DNA of 63,798 nucleotides, the filler included, from Octopus bimaculoides (Eukaryota): assembly GCF_001194135.2 (NCBI RefSeq). It is 5 parts of 5 records of this genome, joined end to end, with 100 filler letters (N's around TTAATTAATTAA, not from the genome) between each part and the next. Parts side by side here need not be neighbours in the genome. Positions count along the whole stretch, not along the records: positions 1 to 24,912 come from NC_068986.1; 4 more parts are not named here. One strand, written 5' to 3'. Under the pieces are notes generated by a model, which saw only the letters and a list, made by a program, of their open reading frames with translations, was not told where the DNA came from and ran no database searches. Positions within the stretch are counted from its first letter, which is position 1, and the number at the start of each line of letters is the position of its first letter. Both the position numbers and the translations under genes were made by a program. Positions 12,580 to 24,118 of the stretch are shown in pieces.

Positions 12580-13174
12580 NNNNNNNNNNNNNNNNNNNNN
12601 NNNNNNNNNNNNNNNNNNNNNNNNNNNNNNNNNNNNNNNNNNNNNNNNNNNNNNNNNNNNNNNNNNNNNNNNNNNNNNNNNNNNNNNNNNNNNNNNNNNN
12701 NNNNNNNNNNNNNNNNNNNNNNNNNNNNNNNNNNNNNNNNNNNNNNNNNNNNNNNNNNNNNNNNNNNNNNNNNNNNNNNNNNNNNNNNNNNNNNNNNNNN
12801 NNNNNNNNNNNNNNNNNNNNNNNNNNNNNNNNNNNNNNNNNNNNNNNNNNNNNNNNNNNNNNNNNNNNNNNNNNNNNNNNNNNNNNNNNNNNNNNNNNNN
12901 NNNNNNNNNNNNNNNNNNNNNNNNNNNNNNNNNNNNNNNNNNNNNNNNNNNNNNNNNNNNNNNNNNNNNNNNNNNNNNNNNNNNNNNNNNNNNNNNNNNN
13001 NNNNNNNNNNNNNNNNNNNNNNNNNNNNNNNNNNNNNNNNNNNNNNNNNNNNNNNNNNNNNNNNNNNNNNNNNNNNNNNNNNNNNNNNNNNNNNNNNNNN
13101 NNNNNNNNNNNNNNNNNNNNNNNNNNNNNNNNNNNNNNNNNNNNNNNNNNNNNNNNNNNNNNNNNNNNNNNNNN

Positions 13175-13205
<31 letters not shown>

Positions 13206-14956
13206 TGCTTACAAACATGTGTGTGAGCGTGTATGTCTGTATTTATGTACATACATACAGATATACATACATACAAACGTACATATATGTATACACACAC
13301 GCACACACACATATATACATACACATACATCGATGCACACTCAGGTGTATATGTGTATGTNNNNNNNNNNNNNNNNNNNNNNNNNNNNNNNNNNNNNNNN
13401 NNNNNNNNNNNNNNNNNNNNNNNNNNNNNNNNNNNNNNNNNNNNNNNNNNNNNNNNNNNNGTGGTTTATCTTCTGGAAATAATGTATCTGTTTATGGAGA
13501 TCAAACCAGAAATGCAGCCTAGAGCCTACTATAGCCTTGAGCCGACCAAAAGCCTTGGTAGACGGAAAATGAAGGAAGCCCGTCCTGTATATATATTTAT
13601 ATGCGTGTCTTTGTGTCTGTGTTTGTCCCCCCACCATCGCTGACACACACACACACACACACACACAACGACCTTCTCTCAGTTTCCACCTATCAAATGC
13701 AGTCACGAATAAGTGGTCGGCTTGGGGCTAATGCACAAATTATTGAGACTGAGCCTGGGATTCTGTGGCCAGAAACAGAAATATGTAAATGACATATTAA
13801 TCAGATTATGAAGTCTCTAATTATTAACCACGTCATTAGACATGAAAGAATCTAAAACAATTAGCTCTTGACTGGATTTCATAAGCAGATACGTTATTTC
13901 TGGGACGGTTAACGGCNNNNNNNNNNNNNNNNNNNNNNNNNNNNNNNNNNNNNNNNNNNNNNNNNNNNNNNNNNNNNNNNNNNNNNNNNNNNNNNNNNNN
14001 NNNNNNNNNNNNNNNNNNNNNNNNNNNNNNNNNNNNNNNNNNNNNNNNNNNNNNNNNNNNNNNNNNNNNNNNNNNNNNNNNNNNNNNNNNNNNNNNNNNN
14101 NNNNNNNNNNNNNNNNNNNNNNNNNNNNNNNNNNNNNNNNNNNNNNNNNNNNNNNNNNNNNNNNNNNNNNNNNNNNNNNNNNNNNNNNNNNNNNNNNNNN
14201 NNNNNNNNNNNNNNNNNNNNNNNNNNNNNNNNNNNNNNNNNNNNNNNNNNNNNNNNNNNNNNNNNNNNNNNNNNNNNNNNNNNNNNNNNNNNNNNNNNNN
14301 NNNNNNNNNNNNNNNNNNNNNNNNNNNNNNNNNNNNNNNNNNNNNNNNNNNNNNNNNNNNNNNNNNNNNNNNNNNNNNNNNNNNNNNNNNNNNNNNNNNN
14401 NNNNNNNNNNNNNNNNNNNNNNNNNNNNNNNNNNNNNNNNNNNNNNNNNNNNNNNNNNNNNNNNNNNNNNNNNNNNNNNNNNNNNNNNNNNNNNNNNNNN
14501 NNNNNNNNNNNNNNNNNNNNNNNNNNNNNNNNNNNNNNNNNNNNNNNNNNNNNNNNNNNNNNNNNNNNNNNNNNNNNNNNNNNNNNNNNNNNNNNNNNNN
14601 NNNNNNNNNNNNNNNNNNNNNNNNNNNNNNNNNNNNNNNNNNNNNNNNNNNNNNNNNNNNNNNNNNNNNNNNNNNNNNNNNNNNNNNNNNNNNNNNNNNN
14701 NNNNNNNNNNNNNNNNNNNNNNNNNNNNNNNNNNNNNNNNNNNNNNNNNNNNNNNNNNNNNNNNNNNNNNNNNNNNNNNNNNNNNNNNNNNNNNNNNNNN
14801 NNNNNNNNNATAATAAGTTTTCCAGGGGTACTCAGCCACTCTCAAACCACTCGGATCTGGGTTCAGTCCTATTCCGTGGTAACTTGGGCAAATGTCTTCT
14901 ACTAAAGCCTCAAGCCGACCAAAGCCTTGGTAGACGGAAACTTAAAGAAGCCTGTC

Positions 14957-15005
<49 letters not shown>

Positions 15006-15146
15006 CGTGTGTATGTGTGTGTGAGTCTTTGTGTCTGTTTTTGTCAGAAGCAGCGGAGTGCAACTGAACCCGACACCACGAGGATGAAAATCGGGCTCGC
15101 TAATCACATACTCATGTGTATGGCTAGAAATGAAATAAAAACGAAA

Positions 15147-15229
15147 TAGCACGAGTGGGATTCGAACCCACGCGGACACTTGTCCATTGGAACTTAAGTC
15201 CGACGCCTTAACCACTCGGCCATCGTGCT
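15147..15229 (-). tRNA. tRNA-Leu(TAA): tRNA-Leu, anticodon TAA, near-intact copy
   Basis: Identical to 17563-17645 except TCGGA for TTGGA (one C:A mismatch in the anticodon stem) and TTCGAAT in the T loop; TTTTT shortly downstream. Confidence 0.85.
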
Positions 15230-15599
15230 GCTTGTGGTTTTTTTTCTGGAAATAATGTATCTGTTTATGGAGATCAAACCAAACATGCAGCCTAGAGGCT
15301 ACTATAGCCTTGAGCCGACCAAAAGCCTTGGTAGACGGAAACTGAAGGAAGCCCGTCCTGTATATATATTTATATGCGTGTCTTTGTGTCTGTGTTTGTC
15401 CCCCCACCATCGCTGACACTCACACACACACATACACACACACACACACACANNNNNNNNNNNNNNNNNNNNNNNNNNNNNNNNNNNNNNNNNNNNNNNN
15501 NNNNNNNNNNNNNNNNNNNNNNNGAAAGAATCTAAAACAATTAGCTCTTGACTGGATTTCATAAACAGATACGTTATTTCTGGGACAGTGAACGTCAGC

Positions 15600-15682
15600 A
15601 GCACGATGGCCGAGGGGTTAAGGCGTTGGACTCAAGTTCCAATGGACAAGTATCCGCGTGGGTTCGAACCCCACTCGTTCTA
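15600..15682 (+). tRNA. tRNA-Leu-body copy with CAA anticodon; variant or young pseudogene
   Basis: AGCACGATGGCCGAGGGGTTAAGGCGTTGGA-CT CAA GT-TCCAA...GTGGGTTCGAACCCCACTCGTTCTA: four substitutions versus the intact copy (D loop T>G, anticodon T>C, variable arm G>A, acceptor G>T giving a C:U mismatch); T run just downstream. Confidence 0.7.
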
Positions 15683-16405
15683 ATGTTTTTTTTATATTTT
15701 ACTTTCAGGCACAGGGATTGCTATGTGGTGAAGAAGCTTGATTTGCAACCACGATGTTTCGTGTTCACTCCCACTGCGCGGCATCTCATGCAAGTATCTT
15801 CTATTATAGTCCTCGACCAGTGCAAATATTAGGGGATAGAGCTTTTGTAGTTGTTCCTACGTGGAAATACACCCCCTCTTTTGTTATGCATATGCATACA
15901 TATATATATGTGTGGGGGTGAGTGTGTGTGTCTGTGTGTGTGTGTTTGACCCCCCCCCCCACCATCGCTTGACTTATTGTTTTGTTTCTAAGCCTAGTAC
16001 CTATTCAATCATTTTACTTTTGTCGAACCGCTAGATTACAGAGACATAAGTACATCAACACTGGTTGTCCAGTAGCGACGGGTGGAGACAAAGTCACACA
16101 CACGCACACACACACATTATGTATATATATATAAATATATACTCACACACACACACAACGACCTTCTCTCAGTTCCTATCAAATCCAGTCACGAATAAGT
16201 GGTCGCCTCGCGGCTAATGCACGAATTATTGACACTGAACCTGGAATTATATGGCTAGGAAGCTAAGTACGTAAATGAGTTGTTAATCAGATTATAAAGT
16301 CTCTAATTATTAACCACATCATTAGACATGAAAGATTCTAAAACAATTAGCGCTTGACTGAATTTCAAAAACAGATACTTTATTTCTGGGTGCGAAGTCG
16401 TTAGC

Positions 16406-16488
16406 AGCACGATGGCCGAGTGGTTAAGGCGTTGGACTTATGTTTCAATAGACAAGTATTCGCAAAGGTTCGAGACCCACTCGTGCTA
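16406..16488 (+). pseudogene. tRNA-Leu pseudogene, anticodon mutated to TAT
   Basis: Acceptor and D arm intact, but the T stem is broken (AAAGG-TTCGAGA-CCCAC), the variable arm is degenerate and the loop reads CT TAT GT. Confidence 0.8.
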
Positions 16489-16811
16489 ATATCCTTTTTA
16501 TCTTTTATTTTTAGGCACAGGGATGGCTATGTGGTGAAGAAGCTTGATTTGCAACTACGTTGTTTCGTGTTCACTCCCACTGCGCGGCATCTTATGCAAG
16601 TATCCTCTATTATGGTCCTCGACCGGTCCACCCCGAATTGTTTACGTGTCTGTCTTACTTCTTTCATCGGTGTATATATATGTATACGTATTCGTTAAAT
16701 TATCTACATTGGACGGATATTTGTCCACATCTTTTTTGTTGGAAATACACCCCCTTTTTTATTATATATATACATATGTGTGTGTGTATGTATGTATGTA
16801 TGTATGGTAAA

Positions 16812-17285
16812 AATTGTGGGGTGGAGTGAACGCATTTGAAGAGGAAAGGATAACGCATGTAAGACTCCAAAGAGGTCCAAGGAAGAATGCATCGATCGAG
16901 AAGGTGAATGACAATGACCTTTTTGCGTGCACAGTCTGTGACAGGCCATGCCTGACTTTGGCTGAGCTCAAAGCTTATCTGCAAACCCATGGAAATCGAG
17001 GCTCCACCAACTATTCTGTCTCTATGTCTATGTAGACCTTTGAATGCAGTGTCTGCCAGAAGTTTTGCAAATCCAACGGAAGCAACAAAAGACATCTTAA
17101 AATCCACAAAGATCAGAATTTATCTGCAGCTCTTGGTGGTCCACGTCGGATGTGCAGTCTGTGTGGATGTCTTTTCAGAACATTGTCTGGTTAAAAAACC
17201 CACATCAGATGCCGTGATGGTGCTAAGGCGTAGGTACAGGATGTGGTCAAACGTTGCATAAGGAGTAGACAACTACCACCATATC
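16812..17285 (+). mobile_element. RTE/BovB-type LINE 3' fragment with three C2H2-like zinc fingers
   Basis: One frame reads VNAFEEERITHVRLQRGPRK, CTVC-X12-Y-X3-H, CSVC-X12-H-X3-H and CSLC-X12-H-X2-C, with in-frame stops at 17033 and near 17182. Confidence 0.65.
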
Positions 17286-17562
17286 TATGTATGGATGAGT
17301 ATATATATATTCTAGTATTAAGACCTGTAATGGCCATTCTGGACGAAAACAAATGAAACATGATGTAGAGTTAAACTAAGGATTAATAAAAGCATTGAAG
17401 GGTTTCATTAGAACAGATACCCCTCACTATCACTTTCGTAGATCCAGGACTACAGTACAAGATCCATGCACAAGAAGCAGCGAAGTGCAACAGAACACGA
17501 TACCACGTGGTTGAAAATCGAGCTCCCTAAGCACATAGTCTTGTTTATATCTAAAAGTAAAA

Positions 17563-17645
17563 TAGCACGAGTGGGGTTCGAACCCACGCGGACACTTGTC
17601 CATTGGAACTTAAGTCCAACGCCTTAACCACTCGGCCATCGTGCT
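17563..17645 (-). tRNA. tRNA-Leu(TAA): tRNA-Leu, anticodon TAA, intact intronless class II tRNA
   Basis: Reverse complement folds fully: acceptor AGCACGA/TCGTGCT plus discriminator A, D arm GCCGAGTGGTTAAGGC, anticodon arm TTGGA-CT TAA GT-TCCAA, long variable arm GGAC-AAGT-GTCC, T arm GTGGG-TTCGAAC-CCCAC; T runs follow the 3' end (Pol III terminator). Confidence 0.95.
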
Positions 17646-17789
17646 GCTTGTCTTTAAGCCTCTGGAAATAATGTATCTGTTTATGGAGATCAAACCAGAG
17701 ATACAGCCTAGAGGGAAATGCTTTAAAATTCTTTCATGTCTAATAAAGTGGTCAATTCTCAACCAATTAACAACTCATTTACGTATCTC

Positions 17790-18195
17790 ACTTTCCAACC
17801 TCATGGCTCCAGGTTCAGTCCCACTGCGTGGCACCTTGGGCTAGTGTTTCTTGCTATCGGCACGGGCCGATCAAGTCCCTGTGAGTGGATTTGATAGACG
17901 AAAACTAAAAGAAGCACGTCGTGTGTCTTTGTATGTGTGTGTATGTATGTGTGTGTGCGTGTGTGTGTGTGTGTGTGTGTCTGTCTGTCTGTCTTTGTAT
18001 CTGTGTTTGTTCCCCATCACCGCTTGATGACCGATGTTGATGTGCTTACGTCCTTGTAACCTATCGGGTGGACAAAAGAAACTGACAGAATGAGGCTTCA
18101 GCCGAAAACAAAGCAACTGGAGGCCATTCATTCGACTACAACTCACTGATGGCGGTGCCCCAGCATGGACGCGGTCCAATGACTGAAAGAAGAAA
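17790..18195 (+). mobile_element. CORE-type SINE family B (octopus OR-like)
   Basis: GGTTCAGTCCCACTGCGTGGCACCTTGGGC (B box plus CORE-like motif), internal (GT)n, tail GGCGGTGCCCCAGCATGG...GACTGAAA. Confidence 0.75.
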
Positions 18196-18294
18196 AAGGG
18201 ATGAACGATGTATTTCCTTGTTGATTAGGATTGTGCCACGTAACGGATGGACATATAAGTAACTATGTAATTATGTGGTTATCCTATTGGCCTG

Positions 18295-18535
18295 TGCGAA
18301 GACAAGGGCTTTGCTCACCCGATCGAAAGACCACGGTTTCTATTCCTGGATAAAGCACTGCGTTGTGTTGTAAGCGCAACGCTTCTTTTCTCTTTGGTGC
18401 AGTCCACTCAGGTGCATAGGATAAAACCTGCGACGGATTAGCATCCCATCCAGGAGAGTAGGATGTGACATCGGTCGCCTTTACGCCATGGAAACTGAGT
18501 AACCGACCGTGTGAGTCGTAGGACTCGATACGGAC
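18295..18535 (+). mobile_element. SINE family C, diverged copy
   Basis: Shares CAGTCCACTCAG and ACCTGCGACGGATTAGCATCCCATCCAG with the reverse complement of 22340-22576. Confidence 0.55.
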
Positions 18536-18642
18536 TCGGAGATATTCAAGGGCAGAGAATATGTTACTTCATTGGTTTTGATGATTTAGGAAATAGAAAA
18601 GATGTATCTTTACCGGAGAGTAGTGCGAATGAAGGAACTGAA

Positions 18643-18725
18643 AGAATGACAGAGTAAGAGAATGACAGAATAAGAGAATGACAGAATAAGAGAATGACAG
18701 AATAAGAGAATGACAGAATAAGAGA
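18643..18725. repeat. 16-bp tandem repeat AGAATGACAGAATAAG
   Basis: About 5 contiguous copies, no spacers. Confidence 0.9.
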
Positions 18726-18860
18726 ATAAAAAAAGGGAGCTTTTCCTTGCTGTTGCGTATTACATATGGCATGTTAGTCTGTGTTTGAAGATTATCAGAC
18801 AGGAGTAGTCAGGAATTTATAAAGAGGATAGGGGAGAAAGAAGGGAGAGAAAGAACAGGG

Positions 18861-18920
<60 letters not shown>

Positions 18921-19321
18921 NNNNNNNNNNNNNNNNNNNNNNNNNNNNNNNNNNNNNNNNNNNNNNNNNNNNNNNNNNNNNNNNNNNNNNNNNNNNNNNN
19001 NNNNNNNNNNNNNNNNNNNNNNNNNNNNNNNNNNNNNNNNNNNNNNNNNNNNNNNNNNNNNNNNNNNNNNNNNNNNNNNNNNNNNNNNNNNNNNNNNNNN
19101 NNNNNNNNNNNNNNNNNNNNNNNNNNNNNNNNNNNNNNNNNNNNNNNNNNNNNNNNNNNNNNNNNNNNNNNNNNNNNNNNNNNNNNNNNNNNNNNNNNNT
19201 ATATATATACAGAGTATGTGTGAGTGTAATTATTTTCTTTGCTTTACTAAACACGTGATGCGAGACGGTACTTTTTGCTTATTGATCGTGTGTTTCAGTG
19301 TGTATGTGTGTGTGTGTTTGA

Positions 19322-19357
<36 letters not shown>

Positions 19358-20349
19358 TAGAGCGAGTGAGTGCTTATATGTGCCTGTCTTTGTGTGTGTT
19401 CGTGCTTGAGTATGCGTGTACGTAACAAAATATGTGTGTGTTTGTATATGTGCGTGATGTGTAGATGTGAATGTGTCTGAATGTGCCCGTGTTTGCGTGT
19501 CTGTTCGTGTGTGTGTGTGTGTGTGTGAGTGTGTGCTGTCAATGTTATTAAGGAAGTAAATCTCTTCTCTCTCTTCTTTTTTTAAATGCAGCTTTAATGC
19601 ATTATGCGTCTATGCAAATAAAGAGAATTATGTATGTTTGACTTGGTCATAATTGATCGATTGTAGTTTTTGAGACGAATATCTTGCATTATTCATAGAA
19701 ATGAACTAAAAATCTTTGATACCATACTATACAATTCGATTGAAACGTGAGGTTTTAAGCCTTTTATTTTCTCTATCTCATCATTCTCTTCTCTTCTAAC
19801 AGACTACACTATATTAAAGACTTAACCCTTACTGCATTGTAAGGGTGGAGAGGATAACACAATGCAACGCAGTAAACCTGAACGTGTCATAAATTGTTCA
19901 ATTTTCTAACCGTTAATTGGATAGGCAGAAAATATAAATGTATTCAAAATAATGTCAGCCAGCCCGTTGTACTCAATGTTTTTACGCAACATTAACTCCG
20001 TACTGAAGCAGAATTTTCGAATATGGCGTCTCGTTTAGTTATATCATATCTCGTGTGAAATTTAAAGAGCTTATCACGCCGACATTTAAAGGTGGAAGTA
20101 ACAGCTTCATAAACCGCATGAAGACTTCCCAAGAATTTTCAATAATATTTCAGAATTTCCAGCTCTTTCATAATCACGCTACGATGCGGGTCCTTCTTTC
20201 CGTGGCAGTCGAGCGTTTAGTCTTTTTAAATATTAAAATATCAATTGAATAACTGTGGCAACGATGAAAATAATTTGCCAAAGAAAAAAATATTGTAAGT
20301 ACAAAGGGAATATATGACCACTACATATCTACGTACACACAGATACACA

Positions 20350-20406
<57 letters not shown>

Positions 20407-20622
20407 GCATATACGTGTATGTATGTATGTATGTATGTATGTATGTATGCATTTATGTTTGTATGTAACGTACTGAGGTTGTCGTAGGCCATTTTCTCTT
20501 TTCAATCTAGATTTCTTTTAAGCAGATACTTCTCAAAGATTAAAAGGAAAATTTATATTAATGCTACGAAGAGCAGCAGGAGGTGCAAATCTCAGTCATA
20601 TCGGCAGCATTAACGCAATCAC

Positions 20623-20665
<43 letters not shown>

Positions 20666-21517
20666 AGTATGTATATATGTATATGTATATATCTATGTAT
20701 ATACGCGCGCACATGCCACAATATGGTTGAGTTTGTATGTGCGACTGTAGAGATAAGAACGTTTACGTAATTTCGTATTCACCGGACTAAACTAGTTCCA
20801 TTACGCAAGAACAGGTTCTTTTAAAGGATTCTCCGTATAAAAAGACTATAAAATATCATTAAATTAAGGAAATATTTGATACTGTTTATTTATTTTTTTA
20901 TGTGATTATGAAATAATATTCGCCTTTCAAAAATGCTTAGAAATCCCCACTTTTTTTTTTTTTTTTGCATAGCACCCTAAATTGAAAGTTCCATTTTAAC
21001 TGTATAATTTTTCACACAATCTTTCTCCTTTTCTCTCTCTCACTTCCTCTCCCTCTTTCGCTCTCTCTCTCTCTCTCTCTCTCCCTCTTTCTCTCTCTTT
21101 TTCCTCTCTCTCTGTCAATATGTATCTAAGCACGTACTTATATACATGTACGCTTATACATATATATATATATTAAAAATATTAATAAGCATTGCTTATG
21201 ATTTATATAAACACNNNNNNNNNNATATATATGAGTATATGCATATATATGTACATGTACGTATATACGTTCATCTACATGTACATATAGATACATAACT
21301 GGGTACATGACGTGGCAAAAGAACAAGGACAAAATGGTAAACAAGGTGCAACAAACAAGCAGGCCACATAGAAACATCCCCTACATCAGCTGCCACCATT
21401 AAAACTCAAGCCGACTTTCGTAAATAAGCTCCTGGTAAAGAAAATGTTATAAGGGTTCTTAACTTGTCAAATCGTCATCATTATTCCATCCCTAGTACAT
21501 ATATGTATATATGTATG

Positions 21518-21550
<33 letters not shown>

Positions 21551-21561
21551 TATGTGTGCAT

Positions 21562-21608
<47 letters not shown>

Positions 21609-22339
21609 TTTACATATGAGTGTACGCATATATATATATTTTTTATACATATATATATTATATATACATATTTACATATGTATGTATATATTTATATATA
21701 TATATTTATTTATTTATGTGTTTCAGCCAAGTGGCTGCGGTCATGCTGGTGCACCACCAGCGAGGGCGGGGGAAAATAATGACAATTGACAATATAATAG
21801 CATGTATGTTATACACATGCGCGTGCGTATGTGTGTGTGTCGGTGTGAGTAAGTCATAAAATACGTACACTAAATGTAAAAATACAAACAAAATATATTA
21901 TTCCAAATACGGTATTTATGCAAATGTAATCCATATTGTTTTGTCCATTTTGCTTGCAGCACACTTTTTTTTATTTATTTTCTTTTTGTATTTTTTATTA
22001 TATATGATTGAAACTTTTGATATTTTATACAACTTCCGTAGCCTGGTCATAATTTGAGCTGCGTTTTTCTAATACTTCTATCCTTGTTTATCACGGGGTT
22101 TTGGTTACAAAACTATACATCGATAAAAAATCATCTCTACGCAATTTGTAAATGAATCGAATGGTAAATTCATTGCCACCTAACTTCTGCCCCACGACAA
22201 CGAAACTTCGAATGCCACATATTTTCTTGAGCCCCACTACCTCTTCTTTCGCCGTTTGTAATTATCAGACGCATTTGATGTTTTTTTCCACTCACCGCTC
22301 CCATAAAAAAAATAATAATAATAATAAATGCGCCCTTTT

Positions 22340-22576
22340 AAAGCCTAGCCAGGCTCATGGGCCCGGTTTCCCGGTTTCAATGGCGTATGCGTTCCCCAGC
22401 TGGACGGGACGCTAGTCCATCGCAGCATTACTCATTTTTGCCAGCTGAGTGGACTGGAGCAACGTGAAATGAAGTGTTTTGCTCAAGAACACAACGCGTA
22501 ACCCGGTCCAGGAATCGAAACCACAATCTTACGATCATGGTGCTGACACCCTAACCACTAAGCCACGCGCCTCCAC
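22340..22576 (-). mobile_element. tRNA-derived SINE family C
   Basis: Head GTGGAGGCGCGTGGCTTAGTGG, B box GTTTCGATTCC, central TTCTTGAGCAAAACACTTCATTTC, tail GCGATGGACTAGCGTCCCGTCCAG; other copies at about 1378-1488 (-), 18295-18535 (+), 25478-25568 (-) and 54165-54327 (-). Confidence 0.75.
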
Positions 22577-22611
22577 TCACTGCTCCCATGTGATGGTAAA
22601 TTCGTATAAAA

Positions 22612-23319
22612 CAGTGATTCTCAACCATTTTTGCCCATGGATCTCCTTGGTTCTTATTTACTCATGGGTGGGATCCTCAAAGCCATTCGATGTCTAAGAA
22701 CTCCTATTACATTTTTATTATTGAATATTAGGAAAGCGGCGAGCTGGCAGGATGGTTAGCACGCCGAGCGAAATGCTTAGCGGTATTTCATCCGTTTTTA
22801 CGGTCTGAGTTCAAATTCCGCCTAAGTCGACTTTGCCTTTCATCCTTTCAGGGTTGATAAATTAAGTACTAGTGGATCACTGGGGTCGATGTAATCGATC
22901 GGTCCCCACCCAGCAGAAATTTCAGGCCTTATGCCTTTTGTAGAAAGGATTTATTGAACATTTAGGTGGCGAGCTGGAAGAATGTTTAGCACGCCGGGAA
23001 AAATGCTGAGGGGTAATTCGTTTGCTGCTACGTTCTGAGTTCAAATTCTGCCGAGGTCGACTTTGCCTCTCATCCGTTCAGAGTCGATAAATTAAGTACC
23101 AGTTGAGTACTGGATCGATATAACCGACTTAACTCCTCCCCTAAGATTTCAGGCCTTGTGCCTATAGGAGAAAGGATTGTTGAATATTAGGAACTGTATT
23201 AAAAATTTGTTTAAATATTTTGCTTATTGTAGAAATATGACTAGTTTATCACACTTAAATTTTAACAAAATCTTATATGGATCCACAAGGGCCAAATGGA
23301 CCTCGGTTGAGCACCATAG
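22612..23319. mobile_element. hAT-like MITE split by two SINE A copies
   Basis: TIRs CAGTGATTCTCAACC / GGTTGAGCACCATAG; 8-bp flanks GTATAAAA / TTACAAAA; inner sequence is homologous to 53504-53753 in reverse. Confidence 0.6.
22734..23179 (+). mobile_element. Two tandem SINE family A copies inside a hAT-like MITE
   Basis: Heads at about 22734 and 22964; TTGAATATTAGGA at 22721-22733 and 23180-23192, with a degenerate copy between the two SINEs. Confidence 0.85.
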
Positions 23320-24001
23320 TTACAAAACAGACGCAGCGTTTCGGCACGGTGATGTAAACACAGGTGATAGGCAATGCATTCTGGATAACTGATTGTTATG
23401 GATGGTCACTGAAGCGAAGTTTGCGATACAGGAAGAATCTTCGATAGATCAACTCCGTGATAAACGTAACATGGTTCACGCTTGCGCGCGGCGTGTTTTG
23501 CTGGATCAGTGGTGAATGAATCAACGATAAAGCAAAGAACATTTAGTGAAGTGAGAGTAGCACTTTGGAATAGAAAACCAATATTCTCTTTTTCCCTTTT
23601 TGATGTACTGAGCACAGTTTTAGTTGGGTCTTTCATTATGTACCGAAACGAGGACCAACCCCTATTTATATCATCCTGTTTCCCTTGGTTTTTTCTCCTA
23701 AGGTTTGAGAGATTTTTCTACATTACTTTCTTATATGTCCCGGTGGCGACATTGTCCGAACCCTCGTCCCATGGTGACGACATATTTCGTCGTCTCTACG
23801 GGACTGATCCGAACGGCGTAACTTCGCCGACAGACCCTGTTGACTGTGTCAGCCCACAATTTATTCATAGTGGACCAGCCCACTTCTAGCCTGGGGGCGT
23901 CCGCCAGAACTCTTTCTATAATAGCCTTTATTATTCTGTCCAGTAGTTCTGACGAAATTGTATTTTACCGAAGTATTTGGTAGTGATCAATACAAACCAC
24001 A

Positions 24002-24118
24002 GCGGCGAGCTTGGCAGAATCTTTAGCACGCCGAGCAAAATGCTTAGTGGTATTTCGTCTCCTGCTACGTTCTGAGTTCAAATTCCGCCGACGTCGACTT
24101 TGCCTTTCATCCCTTCGG
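24002..24118 (+). mobile_element. SINE family A, 3'-truncated
   Basis: GCGGCGAGCTTGGCAGAATC...GTCGACTTTGCCTTTCATCCC. Confidence 0.8.

Noticed and set aside
18643-18725. Regular short repeats (also 8920-9047 and 7327-7410) as a CRISPR array
   Set aside because: Contiguous tandem copies without unique spacers, in eukaryotic DNA with no cas genes.
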